64,000 nucleotides of DNA, from NCBI GenBank assembly GCA_031292575.1, contig JARLGX010000008.1:88028-152027 (forward strand), in the 5' to 3' direction. This document shows, one piece after another, positions 10,247 through 20,553 of this stretch. Each line of letters begins with the position of its first letter. Position 1 is the first letter of the stretch. Below the pieces are notes generated by a model that was not told the DNA's origin, ran no database searches, and saw only the letters and a list, made by a program, of their open reading frames with translations. Origin of the DNA: Paludibacter sp. GTDB taxonomy: Bacteria; Bacteroidota; Bacteroidia; Bacteroidales; Paludibacteraceae. The translations under genes were made by a program, and so were the position numbers.

Positions 10247-13200
10247 TTACATCTGGAATCTTTTAGTATATTCCAAGTAATGAGGCATATATTTATCAAT
10301 GATTGTTTTTTGTTTTGCCTGATCGCAATCATGTAAAACCTCATACAAAATGGAGAAGTTCTGACTAATTTCATTGGCACTGTTGTTCATTTGATTTTTA
10401 TCCAACGTTAAGAACCAATCCAGGTATTCAACGCAATCTTTTGCCACAGCATCCATAATGGCATTGCCTTTGGCATATTCGTGCACCCGGTAATATGAAA
10501 TAGCCAACCGCGTGGAGAAATAATCGTACCGAACTGTTGTACCCGGAATTACTTTGGCACAATAATCCAACGCCTTTTTAGCGCGAACGGTATCACCTTT
10601 ATCAATCAATGCACTTATTAAATATGAAAACATCATTCGGTGTGTTTGGCACATATTCAACGTATTTTCGTCCAAATAGACTTTTGAATCAGCAATATTT
10701 CCATATTTGAATTTATGCATCATGTTATTATACATTTCGTCGGTATTAACTCCGGGTCCAGCCCCTTTTGCGCCGACGGGTAAAATTTGATAAACCATGC
10801 CTGTCCGTTCAAAATGATCGGTTAATCCCAAATAATTTCCACCTATTGAAACTGCGAAATAAATTGGACGTTTCCAGTGATTCTCTTTTAGCATTTCAAG
10901 TATCATCAAATCACTTCTGGTGACATTATTTTTTAAATTAACATCAATTTGAGATAGAATTTCTGATGCACGCGACATTGGCAATGTCCCAGACTTTAAT
11001 ACTTCCTGATCATTCACAGGTAAATACAAATGATTTGTCGGAATAAATGATCCTCCATGTATCTTAGTTTGAGGATCGGAACTCAAAATAAAGTTCATTG
11101 CCGTTTTTAAATCAAGCTTTGGTATTAGAGAATCTACATCGACCACCTGATTTTTATCGGCAGCATAATCCGACGGTTTCCACGATATAGGCAGTGGAGC
11201 CGATTGGTACGCACCACGTTGCATTTGACCTATATACCAGTCGGCTTGCAGGTAACTCAGGTTGCACACCCGTTTATCCGTTCCTACTCCTTCTACTTCC
11301 TGGTTATACCAAAGTGGAAAAGTATCGTTATCGCCATTACAAAAGATAATGGCATTGGGTTTACAGGACAGCAAGTAGTTAGCACCAAAGTCGCGGCAAG
11401 TATATCGGTTACTACGGTCATGATCATCCCAGTTTTGTTGTGCCATTAACATCGGAACACCTAAACTAACGAGAGTCACCACAGCAGCAACAGCCGTTTT
11501 TGGCATTTTGGGAAGATACTTGTCTACAGCTTTTATTATACCCAAAACGCCAAAACCTATCCAGATACAAAAAGCGTAGAACGAACCGGCGTAAGCATAA
11601 TCACGTTCGCGCGGCTGATAGGGTGTTTGGTTCAGATAAACTACAATGGCTATGCCGGTCATTAAAAACAGCAAAAATACCAGCCAAAAGCCTTCGACTC
11701 CATGTTTACCCCCGTACAGCAAGAACATTATGCCTATAAAGCCTAACAATAAAGGCAGCATATAATAGGTGTTGTGTCCTTTATTGATTTTAAGAGCAGT
11801 AGGTAAATTCTTTTGGTTTCCAACCAGTAGGTTGTCAATAAACCCGATACCGGTAATCCAGTTTCCATGATCTATTTCGCCATTACCCTGAATGTCGTTT
11901 TGCCGGCCGCTAAAGTTCCACATAAAATAACGCCAGTACATGAAATTAATCTGATACTTGAAGAAGAAGCGCATATTTTCACTGAAAGTGGGTTTTATAT
12001 CGCTTCTCTGCTGACCGCAATAATCGTAGTTTACCATTTCGCCGGTAATATTCCCCCACGACTTGTAAGCGTCTATTTGAGCTTTAGTTACCCCGGGTGT
12101 GTAATACATACGCGGAAAAAACATATTGAAACGCTCGTCCATCACATAATGAGCATTTTCGTCGGATGTAATGTACGAGTCTTTTTGCGATGCCGAAGTT
12201 TTAGGTTTTTGTATATAGAGTGGTCCATCCTTTTCTTGATCCGGGACATACATATTCCCATCCACTTTCCATTTCACGGGAGCATCATATACAGCTCCGT
12301 AAAGCAAAGGCGTTGATCCGTATTGTTCGCGGTCGAGGTAATATTTAAGGGAGAATACATTATCGGGGTTATTCTGATCCATGGTAGGATTGGCATTTGA
12401 ACGGATAACAATGACCGCATACGACGAAAAACCAATCAAAATCATTGAAACCATCATCAACGACGTATTTATCCAGCGAGCACTGATCTTTCCTCTCCTG
12501 TAATAAAAGAATGCTGTCAGTCCGGCAATAAGCAGAATGCCCAAAAAGATGTTTTCGCTAAAAAAAGGCAAGCCTTCCATGCTGATTGCCACGATAAACG
12601 AAATAGCTATGCGAATAAAGCTTTTATTTGTGTACGATTCGTAAATACCCCAAATCAGGAATCCGATTGTCAGCACGATGTAGACAAACAAACCCGAGTT
12701 AAATTCAAAACCAAGTACATTGACAAACAAAAGTTCGAACCATCCTGATACTTCCAGAAAGCCTGGTATTAACCCATATAAAACAGTGGCAAGAAGAACG
12801 ATGCCCAACACCAGCGCAACAAGAATCCCTTTAAACGAAGGAGTATATTTTTTGAAATAATACACCATTACCAAAGCAGGGATGGTTAGCAGATTGAGCA
12901 AGTGGACCCCAATGGATAATCCCATCATATAGGCAATAAAAATCAACCAACGATCTGAGCCCGGTTCATCGGCATGTTCTTCCCATTTGAGGATAAGCCA
13001 GAAAACCAATGCCGTGAACAGGGCTGAAAAACCGTAAACTTCAGCTTCAACTGCCGAAAACCAAAAAGTATCAGAAAAAGTATAAGCCATTGCCCCAACT
13101 ATTCCGGCACCCAGCATGGCTATTGTGTTTTTAGTAGAATAATCGCTGTACGATTTAATTACAATCTTGCGGGCTAAATGTGTGATAGTCCAAAACAAGA

Positions 13201-13474
13201 ACATGATAGTAAATGCACTACACAAAGCAGTCAACGAGTTAACCATGATAGCCACGTGGCTTGTATCTTTTGCGAATAAAGAGAATAAATGGCCAAAAAG
13301 CATGGATAAAGGAGCTCCCGGAGGATGGCCAACGTCTAATTTAAATGCGCTTGAGATAAACTCAGGGCAATCCCAAAAGCTGGCGGTTGGCTCCATGGTA
13401 AGCAAATACGTAGCTGCTGCAATAGCAAAAGCGACCCATCCGAAGATGTTGTTCAATAGTTTAAATCGTTTCAT
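10247..13474 (-). CDS. DUF2723 / TMEM260-like GT-C fold glycosyltransferase, paralogue B
   Basis: 1075-aa ORF collinear with paralogue A. The first ~103 aa are identical apart from two substitutions near the N-terminus, and the rest is similar by eye but clearly diverged. Confidence 0.8.
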   Translation of the reverse strand: MKRFKLLNNIFGWVAFAIAAATYLLTMEPTASFWDCPEFISSAFKLDVGHPPGAPLSMLFGHLFSLFAKDTSHVAIMVNSLTALCSAFTIMFLFWTITHLARKIVIKSYSDYSTKNTIAMLGAGIVGAMAYTFSDTFWFSAVEAEVYGFSALFTALVFWLILKWEEHADEPGSDRWLIFIAYMMGLSIGVHLLNLLTIPALVMVYYFKKYTPSFKGILVALVLGIVLLATVLYGLIPGFLEVSGWFELLFVNVLGFEFNSGLFVYIVLTIGFLIWGIYESYTNKSFIRIAISFIVAISMEGLPFFSENIFLGILLIAGLTAFFYYRRGKISARWINTSLMMVSMILIGFSSYAVIVIRSNANPTMDQNNPDNVFSLKYYLDREQYGSTPLLYGAVYDAPVKWKVDGNMYVPDQEKDGPLYIQKPKTSASQKDSYITSDENAHYVMDERFNMFFPRMYYTPGVTKAQIDAYKSWGNITGEMVNYDYCGQQRSDIKPTFSENMRFFFKYQINFMYWRYFMWNFSGRQNDIQGNGEIDHGNWITGIGFIDNLLVGNQKNLPTALKINKGHNTYYMLPLLLGFIGIMFLLYGGKHGVEGFWLVFLLFLMTGIAIVVYLNQTPYQPRERDYAYAGSFYAFCIWIGFGVLGIIKAVDKYLPKMPKTAVAAVVTLVSLGVPMLMAQQNWDDHDRSNRYTCRDFGANYLLSCKPNAIIFCNGDNDTFPLWYNQEVEGVGTDKRVCNLSYLQADWYIGQMQRGAYQSAPLPISWKPSDYAADKNQVVDVDSLIPKLDLKTAMNFILSSDPQTKIHGGSFIPTNHLYLPVNDQEVLKSGTLPMSRASEILSQIDVNLKNNVTRSDLMILEMLKENHWKRPIYFAVSIGGNYLGLTDHFERTGMVYQILPVGAKGAGPGVNTDEMYNNMMHKFKYGNIADSKVYLDENTLNMCQTHRMMFSYLISALIDKGDTVRAKKALDYCAKVIPGTTVRYDYFSTRLAISYYRVHEYAKGNAIMDAVAKDCVEYLDWFLTLDKNQMNNSANEISQNFSILYEVLHDCDQAKQKTIIDKYMPHYLEYTKRFQM

Positions 13475-13532
13475 ATATCCTGATTTTGGATGTGGGAGAT
13501 AGATTACTTTAAGATTAATCCCAAAAAAAATT

Positions 13533-13540
13533 CAAAGATA
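13533..13540 (-). promoter_or_regulatory. -7 promoter box for DUF2723 paralogue B
   Basis: Reads TATCTTTG on the minus strand, 59 bp upstream of the ATG. Confidence 0.4.
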
Positions 13541-13731
13541 TTAAGAAATTTTAGATTCATATAAATGTACACTAATTTTTTAATTAACATTAAAATATAG
13601 ATAGCTATTTATGCATATCTGTTTGATTTAGCTGTTTCTTCACTAAGGATTTAATATAAATTAAACAATTAAACAGGTCGTACATGACAATTTCAGATTC
13701 TATACTCTTATGAGTTTAGAAATTATTTCCA

Positions 13732-13739
13732 TAGATTTG
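13732..13739 (+). promoter_or_regulatory. -7 promoter box for the tautomerase gene
   Basis: TAGATTTG lies 48 bp upstream of the ATG. Confidence 0.4.
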
Positions 13740-13786
13740 CAACAAATTCATAATACTATTTTTGAACCATCTAACACAATCAAATT

Positions 13787-13984
13787 ATGCCTGTAATAAC
13801 CATGGAAGGACCCTTTCTTCCACTCGACAAAAAAGAAAAACTAATCAAAGAATTCACTAAAATTGCTACCGAAGTAACCGGCATTCCTACTAATGCATTT
13901 GTAATCTTTATAAAAGAGAACGCCTATGAAAACATGGGTCAAGGAGGAATTACTATTTCAGAAAAACTAAAAATGCAGAAATAG
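13787..13984 (+). CDS. 4-oxalocrotonate tautomerase family protein
   Basis: 65-aa ORF with Pro directly after the initiator Met (MPVITMEG...) and the beta-alpha-beta length and pattern of the tautomerase superfamily. Confidence 0.75.
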   Translation: MPVITMEGPFLPLDKKEKLIKEFTKIATEVTGIPTNAFVIFIKENAYENMGQGGITISEKLKMQK

Positions 13985-14116
13985 AATTATATCAGCATTA
14001 AATTTGCTACGAAAATTTTACAAGCATAAAGTCTTATCCATATTTTAATCATTTTGTAAAGGGTATTTAATCACGTTTACGTACTTTTACACATTCAATT
14101 AAAATAAAGAAACTAT

Positions 14117-16747
14117 ATGAAGCACATTCTTTTAATTATACAAATATTGATTTTGTCTGGTTTGTTGGCTGTTCATGCCCAAACCAGTAATGCTGAAGTA
14201 AAAGCAGCAGAACAAATACAGTTACCCTATAACAGGATGATTCAGCCAGCCGGGAAACTCATAGCTATGGGCGATTCGACCAAAGAAAACCATGCGTTGG
14301 ATTGTGCCTTGTCGCCCGATAAGAAATGGCTTGCAGTGGAAGAACGGTATAGCATTGTGTTTATAAATACTGCTAAAAACGAAGTAGAACATGTACTTCG
14401 TTTAAAGGACATTCCCGGACTTAAAGATGCCATGAATACCTATTCGGGCATTTGTTGGTACACAAAAGGCAAAACGGATTATGTTTTTTTTAGTACGTCG
14501 GGCGACAAAACGAATTCGTATGTTGTGCAGCTAAAATGGGATGGGAAAAAAGCAAGTGTATCCAAGCTGTTTAATTTCAACCCGATTCCTCCGGCAGAGC
14601 TTGCACTTCCCAACGAAATTTTAGTCCGGCAGGAAGCAGGTAACGATTATCTGTATGTGGTACTTAATGGCAATAATCAGTTGGTGAAAAAGAATTTGCT
14701 CACCGATGAAACAGTTTGGACAAAAAGTACAGGCGTTGCACCTTATGGCATCACCGTGGCACATAACAAACTCTATGTAACCAATTGGGCAGGGAACATC
14801 CCCGACAAAAACGATAAAAACGTGGCGGGAGTTCCATGGGGAGAGGCTAAAATAGATACAACAAACGCAGGATGCCGCGAAGGAAGTGTCAGCATTTACA
14901 ACCCAACCACCGGAAAGCTGCTGCAAGAAGTACTTGTAGGGCTTCATCCCAATAAAATCATAGCAGCCCCCGACGAAAGTTATGTTTATCTGACCAATTC
15001 AAACAGTGACATGGTAAGTGTTATTGATACGAAAACCGACAAAGTTTCCGAATCTATTTCGTTGCATTTACAGAAAAGCTTCAACAAATACTTTGGCGAT
15101 ACGCCCAACGGACTGGCTGTAACATCTACGGGAAAAACCCTGTATGTGGCTAATGGCATGGACAACGCACTTGCAGTAATAACGTTGGGCAAAAAGGCTT
15201 CGACCAAAAGTACCATTGCACAAAGCATTACCCGGGGATTTATTCCAACGGCAGCTTACCCTTCGTCAATCAGCATTTTAGACAATAAAACGTTGTATGT
15301 TACCAACCTCGAATCGTTGAGTTCCAATTTGCCTTTTGGTTTTGTGCCGAATCATAAACCTGTTTATAATTCCCATCACGAAATGGCATCCGTGTCGATC
15401 ATAGCAGTTCCTGGCAAAAAGCAATTAATTGATTATACCAAAACAGTAATTGCCTGCAATCAACTGGAACGTTTAAAATCGGCACAATTACCTGCCAGAA
15501 CGGGAGTATTGCCTAAACCTGTCCCTGAACGAATTGGAGAACCATCTGTTTTCAAACATGTGCTCTATATTATCAAGGAAAACCGAACATACGATCAGGT
15601 ATTGGGCGATGTGCACAAAGGAAATGGCGACAGCACCTTGTGTGTATTCGGAGAAAAAGTAACACCAAACATTCACCAATTGGTAGAACAATTCCAATTA
15701 ATGGACAATTTTTTTGTTTCGGGAAAATGTTCTGCCGAAGGGCATAGCTGGACAGATGCATCGATCGTAACCGATTACATTGAGAAAAACGTGCGGGCAT
15801 GGTTTCGTAGTTATCCGCATGTGCTGGATGATGCATTGGTTTATTCACCATCCGGATTTATTTGGGACAATGCACGTAAACACGGTGTCAGCTGTCGGAT
15901 TTATGGCGAAGCTGCTATACCTGTTTTCAAAAAAACGCTGACATGGAGCGATATTTATTCAGGATTTATAGCAGGCAAGCATTTTGACTTTAAAAATGAA
16001 ACCACTCTAAACACAGTAAAAGGATTGTTATCGGATAGTTTCCCGGGTTACGACGGACATAAAATACCGGATATTTTACGCGTAAAGAGCTTTATCAATG
16101 AATTAAACAAATACCAGGCAATGAAAGGCGATGCATTGCCACAATTGATGGTAATGGCACTTCCGAGCGATCATACTGCCGGAACAAAACCAGGTTATCC
16201 AACACCCAGAGCCATGGTGGCTGATAATGACCTTGCTCTCGGACAACTTATCGAAGCAGTATCGCACAGTAAATTCTGGAAAAACACGGTGGTCTTTGTT
16301 GTAGAAGACGACTCGCAGGATGGGTGGGACCATGTATCGGCATATCGAACCGCAGCCATGGTTATCAGTCCGTATTCCAAATTTACCGACCCCATACACA
16401 CTGCTTATAACCAACCATCAATGATTCGCACCATTGAACAAATACTTGGGCTACCTCCCATGAATATTCAGGATGCCATTGCTCCGCCTATGCTCGATTG
16501 TTTTACAAATATTCCCAATTTCACTCCATATCGGTCTGTAAAGAATCAAATACCATTGGATGAAATGAATCCGGCACTCACGGCACTCACAGGAAAGCCA
16601 CTCCATTTTGCAAAACTGAGTTCGGAACCACAGTTCGATGGCATTGATACAGGCAATGATGAATTATTTAACCGTATCCTCTGGTTCTCTACAATGGGAG
16701 ATATTCCTTATCCTGTAAAATACTCGGGATTGGATGGCGATGATTAA
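14117..16747 (+). CDS. Secreted bifunctional YncE-like beta-propeller / phosphoesterase (AcpA/phospholipase C family) protein
   Basis: 876-aa ORF with a signal peptide and N-terminal propeller repeats (LYVTNWAGN, VYLTNSNSDMVSVID, LYVANGMDNALAVI). The C-terminal phosphoesterase region carries YIIKENRTYDQVLGD and VVEDDSQDGWDHV. Confidence 0.8.
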   Translation: MKHILLIIQILILSGLLAVHAQTSNAEVKAAEQIQLPYNRMIQPAGKLIAMGDSTKENHALDCALSPDKKWLAVEERYSIVFINTAKNEVEHVLRLKDIPGLKDAMNTYSGICWYTKGKTDYVFFSTSGDKTNSYVVQLKWDGKKASVSKLFNFNPIPPAELALPNEILVRQEAGNDYLYVVLNGNNQLVKKNLLTDETVWTKSTGVAPYGITVAHNKLYVTNWAGNIPDKNDKNVAGVPWGEAKIDTTNAGCREGSVSIYNPTTGKLLQEVLVGLHPNKIIAAPDESYVYLTNSNSDMVSVIDTKTDKVSESISLHLQKSFNKYFGDTPNGLAVTSTGKTLYVANGMDNALAVITLGKKASTKSTIAQSITRGFIPTAAYPSSISILDNKTLYVTNLESLSSNLPFGFVPNHKPVYNSHHEMASVSIIAVPGKKQLIDYTKTVIACNQLERLKSAQLPARTGVLPKPVPERIGEPSVFKHVLYIIKENRTYDQVLGDVHKGNGDSTLCVFGEKVTPNIHQLVEQFQLMDNFFVSGKCSAEGHSWTDASIVTDYIEKNVRAWFRSYPHVLDDALVYSPSGFIWDNARKHGVSCRIYGEAAIPVFKKTLTWSDIYSGFIAGKHFDFKNETTLNTVKGLLSDSFPGYDGHKIPDILRVKSFINELNKYQAMKGDALPQLMVMALPSDHTAGTKPGYPTPRAMVADNDLALGQLIEAVSHSKFWKNTVVFVVEDDSQDGWDHVSAYRTAAMVISPYSKFTDPIHTAYNQPSMIRTIEQILGLPPMNIQDAIAPPMLDCFTNIPNFTPYRSVKNQIPLDEMNPALTALTGKPLHFAKLSSEPQFDGIDTGNDELFNRILWFSTMGDIPYPVKYSGLDGDD

Positions 16748-16776
16748 AGGCAGGTACTAAATACCATCGGCAATTT

Positions 16777-16807
16777 GTTTGCAATTGAAAAGTTTTTCAA
16801 TTGCAAA
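16777..16807 (+). terminator. Hairpin, putative terminator after the phosphoesterase gene
   Basis: 15-bp perfect stem GTTTGCAATTGAAAA/TTTTCAATTGCAAAC with a 1-nt loop centre. There is no clear downstream T-run. Confidence 0.5.
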
Positions 16808-16849
16808 CAAACAAAAATATTATTGAATTGTTCTTACTAATAAAACGAC

Positions 16850-19618
16850 ATGAACACATTAGAATTAGTAAAAACAAAGCTTTCAAAACCATACGAAGAC
16901 CTCGAGTTCCTATTAAACTGTTTTAAAGAAGTTTTAATCGAATCGGGCGAAATGGAGCTGGCCAACAACATTCCCTGGATAATTTCCTCCCCCGTTTTTA
17001 ATGCAAAAGCTTTTAATGAAAAACATCTTCAACTTTATTCTACATGTTTTCAACTACTCAATATTGCTGAAGTAAACGGTGCTGTACAAAACCGCCGCAA
17101 AAAAGAAGATGAGTATTCATTGGTCGGAATCAACGGCTTATGGGCGCAAAACTTACATGTGTTGAAGGAAAATGGATTTAAAGAAGAAGAAATACTTCTC
17201 AACTTATCCAACATTCAGGTTGAACCCGTATTGACAGCACATCCTACTGAAGCCAAACGAACAATAATGCTCCAGCACTTGCGTAACCTTTACTTACTTG
17301 TTGTGAACAGGGAAAACAAGACCTATAGCAAGATGGAACAAAAAGAAATCCGCGATAATATCAAGATTGCCCTGCACCGGATTTGGAGAATCTCTGATGT
17401 TTACATTGAAAAACCCGATGTCAGTTACGAACTTGATAATATCATTCACTACCTCACTCAGGTTTTTCCCGACGTTATCAATCATCACGCCCGACATCTT
17501 ATTCAAGCCTGGGAAGAAGTGGGATTTAATCCGCAACTCCTTCACGAAACAAATCATTTTCCTAAAATAACTTTTGGCAACTGGGTAGGTGGCGACAGAG
17601 ATGGTCATCCATTAGTTACAGCCGAAGTTACACGTAAAACATTTTTAAAACTACGGTTGAAAGCTTTTCAGGTTATCAAAACCGAACTGCTTGGGTTGCA
17701 GAAAAATCTTAGTTTTAATGCACGAATCGACCAGCTTTCAGCTCCTTTTCAGGAACGATACCATAGTTTATACAATGAGATAAAAGAATACAACGGCATT
17801 GTGAAGATCAAATACAATGATGAAGCGTTTAAACAATATCTCCGATTTATAATTTCAAAAATACCTGTTCCTGTTTTCGAAGAACAAGTTCAGGAACTTA
17901 AAGAAGAAGATATAAGTTATAAGTTCCCCGCAGAACTCATTGCAGACCTGTATGTTTTGCATCAGGGACTTATTGATTATGGAGCTTCGGTAATTGCTTA
18001 TACCGATGTAAATGATACAATTCGGATTGTAACTACCTTCGGGTTTCATCTTGCTAAACTCGATGTGCGTCAAAACAGCCATTTCCATGAGTTAGCAATA
18101 TCTCAACTTATGCAGGTTGCACAATTGAACGGAGAAGAGTTTTTAAACGCTGAAATGTCTGCGCGGGCAATGTTCATCAACAAGGAATTGAATTCAGGCA
18201 GACCGTTTACCCATCCTAGCATGGAATTAGGCAATGAGGCAAAAGAAGTGGTTGATTCGTACCGAATAATCAGAGAACATATCAATACCTATGGACAGGA
18301 AGCTCTGGGTTCATTAATTGTAAGCATGACCCGCCATGTCACCGATTTACTTGCCGTTTATTTGTTAGAGCGCGAGGCCGGTTTAATGCAAAACACGTCC
18401 AATGGGTTAGCGTCAACATTGCCGGTAGTTCCACTTTTCGAAACCATTGAAGATTTAAAACAAAGTCCTCTGATTCTGGACGAATTTCTATCCCACCACA
18501 TAACAAAAAACAGCCTCCGGTTGCATCAACAAAATAGCTCATCCAACGATCTTGTTCAGCAAGTAATGATTGGTTACAGCGACAGCAATAAAGATGGTGG
18601 TATTTTAGCCAGTCAATGGTATCTCTACGAAGCCCAATCAAAATTAATAGAAGTAGGAAAAAAGCATCAGGTGAAAATACGTTTCTTTCATGGCAAAGGA
18701 GGCTCCATAAGCCGGGGAGCCGGACCAACACACTGGTTTTTGAGAGCTTTGCCTCCCGGCTCAATCAACGGTGATGTTCGCCTGACCGAACAAGGTGAAA
18801 CCATTGAACGTAAGTATGCAAATAAAAACAATGCTGTTTATAACCTCGAATTGCTAACTGCCGGAACACTGTCGGCCACCATGCTACAGAAAAATAATCA
18901 GATAAAAGAGCACGAACTGGCTTCTGAATTAAATTATCTCGCAAGTAAAAGTATGATTGTTTACAAAAAACTGACACAAAAACCCGGGTTTATTCAGTTT
19001 TACGAAAAAGCCACGCCCATTGATGCCATTGAGCAAAGTAAGATAGGCAGCCGCCCTTCGCGGCGAACCGGAACCCGAAGCCTTTCCGATTTAAGGGCTA
19101 TTCCGTGGGTATTTAGCTGGAGCCAATGCCGGTTCAATATTACAAGTTGGTATGGCGTAGGTACAACGCTTGAAACCATGCAAAACCAAGAACCTGAAAA
19201 ATTTGAACGATTAAGAAAAGCTGTACCAACCGACCCTTTTATCCGATACGTGCTTACGAATGTTGACTCAAGCCTTGCATCATCCGACGAAGTTATTTTT
19301 AGAAAATATGCACAACTTGCCCAAGATATTCCACAAAGTTCAGAGTTTGTTACCCTTATGACCGATGAACTTTTGCGTACAAGGCGTATGATTGACATTA
19401 TTTTGGATATTCCAATTTCAGAAAGGCGCGAAAACCATTATTACTCCACTCTGCTCAGGGCTGAAGCCATGGAACCATTGCATGAGCATCAAATAGACCT
19501 GCTAAAAACCTGGAGAAGATACTCCGAAGAAGGAAACCAGGCAGAAGCCGACCGGGTTTTGTTTGAGTTATTGCGCTGCATCAATGCCATTGCCGGAGCT
19601 ATTGGATTTACAGGATAA
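16850..19618 (+). CDS. ppc: Phosphoenolpyruvate carboxylase
   Basis: 922-aa ORF with VLTAHPTEAKR, GYSDSNKDGG and FHGKGGSISRGAGP motifs. The C-terminus is ...IGFTG. Confidence 0.95.
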   Translation: MNTLELVKTKLSKPYEDLEFLLNCFKEVLIESGEMELANNIPWIISSPVFNAKAFNEKHLQLYSTCFQLLNIAEVNGAVQNRRKKEDEYSLVGINGLWAQNLHVLKENGFKEEEILLNLSNIQVEPVLTAHPTEAKRTIMLQHLRNLYLLVVNRENKTYSKMEQKEIRDNIKIALHRIWRISDVYIEKPDVSYELDNIIHYLTQVFPDVINHHARHLIQAWEEVGFNPQLLHETNHFPKITFGNWVGGDRDGHPLVTAEVTRKTFLKLRLKAFQVIKTELLGLQKNLSFNARIDQLSAPFQERYHSLYNEIKEYNGIVKIKYNDEAFKQYLRFIISKIPVPVFEEQVQELKEEDISYKFPAELIADLYVLHQGLIDYGASVIAYTDVNDTIRIVTTFGFHLAKLDVRQNSHFHELAISQLMQVAQLNGEEFLNAEMSARAMFINKELNSGRPFTHPSMELGNEAKEVVDSYRIIREHINTYGQEALGSLIVSMTRHVTDLLAVYLLEREAGLMQNTSNGLASTLPVVPLFETIEDLKQSPLILDEFLSHHITKNSLRLHQQNSSSNDLVQQVMIGYSDSNKDGGILASQWYLYEAQSKLIEVGKKHQVKIRFFHGKGGSISRGAGPTHWFLRALPPGSINGDVRLTEQGETIERKYANKNNAVYNLELLTAGTLSATMLQKNNQIKEHELASELNYLASKSMIVYKKLTQKPGFIQFYEKATPIDAIEQSKIGSRPSRRTGTRSLSDLRAIPWVFSWSQCRFNITSWYGVGTTLETMQNQEPEKFERLRKAVPTDPFIRYVLTNVDSSLASSDEVIFRKYAQLAQDIPQSSEFVTLMTDELLRTRRMIDIILDIPISERRENHYYSTLLRAEAMEPLHEHQIDLLKTWRRYSEEGNQAEADRVLFELLRCINAIAGAIGFTG

Positions 19619-19747
19619 ACAGATAAAAGCAAATCTAATACTCAATAATAAAGATTTAAATAAAATCAATATAGTAAAATTGTCACGCGCAATCAAAGTA
19701 TTGGGTATTTCAAGAAAAACAATTTTCATTTTTATATCAACTCAACT

Positions 19748-20533
19748 ATGAGAAAAACAAGGGATCTACTTTTTATTTTAATTGTAAATATAACATCCAT
19801 ATATGCGCAATCTGAAGCAATTAACTATGGAAGTAATCCGCAAGCCGGACATTTTGCACCTGTGAATGGTATTAATTTGTATTATGAAACTTATGGAAGC
19901 GGCGCACCTTTACTAATGCTACATGGAAATGGAGGTTCAATTGAAGCTTTTAAAAATCAAATTCCATTCTTCGAAAAATATTATAAAGTAATTGCCGTAG
20001 ACAGTCGGCTGCAAGGAAAATCTGGTGGCTCAGCTGATACGCTGTCATACAACATGATGGCTTCCGATTTTGCAGGCTTACTCGATTATCTTCATGTCGA
20101 TTCTGCATACGTATTAGGCTGGAGTGACGGAGGCATAGATGGTCTGATTCTGGCTATGAATTATCCGAAGAAAGTGAAAAAACTGGCTGTGTCGGGGGCT
20201 AATGTTGTGCCTGACAGCACGGCAATACCAGCAGCCGATATAGAAGGGATGAAAGAAACTGTTCAAAATTCTGACACTCCCCTAAAGGATAAAACATTAA
20301 ATAGAATGATGATTTATCAACCACAAATTTCGTTTATGGATCTGAAGAAAATTCATTGTCCGGTATTGGTTATGGCTGGCGACCGCGATATAATAAAACC
20401 AGAGCATACCCTGAAGATATTTCAATCGCTCCCAAATTCTTCAATGTGTATTTTCCCTGATTCTTATCACAATGTTTGTCAACAGCATCCTAAACTTTTT
20501 AATGATATAGTGCTAAACTTTTTTACTAAATAA
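19748..20533 (+). CDS. Secreted alpha/beta hydrolase
   Basis: 261-aa ORF with a signal peptide, the HGNGGS oxyanion region and the GWSDGG nucleophile elbow. Confidence 0.8.
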   Translation: MRKTRDLLFILIVNITSIYAQSEAINYGSNPQAGHFAPVNGINLYYETYGSGAPLLMLHGNGGSIEAFKNQIPFFEKYYKVIAVDSRLQGKSGGSADTLSYNMMASDFAGLLDYLHVDSAYVLGWSDGGIDGLILAMNYPKKVKKLAVSGANVVPDSTAIPAADIEGMKETVQNSDTPLKDKTLNRMMIYQPQISFMDLKKIHCPVLVMAGDRDIIKPEHTLKIFQSLPNSSMCIFPDSYHNVCQQHPKLFNDIVLNFFTK

Positions 20534-20553
20534 TGTAATATTTCTCTTGCCGA

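Noticed and set aside
6622-13474. The DUF2723 duplication as an assembly artefact or collapsed repeat
   Set aside because: The copies differ substantially over most of their length, have different C-terminal domains and lengths, and are separated by unique sequence with its own terminator and promoter.
18339-19398. Antisense ORFs of 141, 70 and 132 aa within ppc
   Set aside because: They lie entirely inside a well-supported 922-aa PEP carboxylase gene on the opposite strand. Their composition is Arg/Ser/Cys-rich and no motifs were recognised.
10247-19618. Possible higher G+C of the paralogue B to ppc segment as evidence of horizontal acquisition
   Set aside because: Hand counts on a few 60-nt lines gave 37-50 percent G+C, overlapping the values in paralogue A. 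Without a computed sliding-window profile the difference is not supportable.
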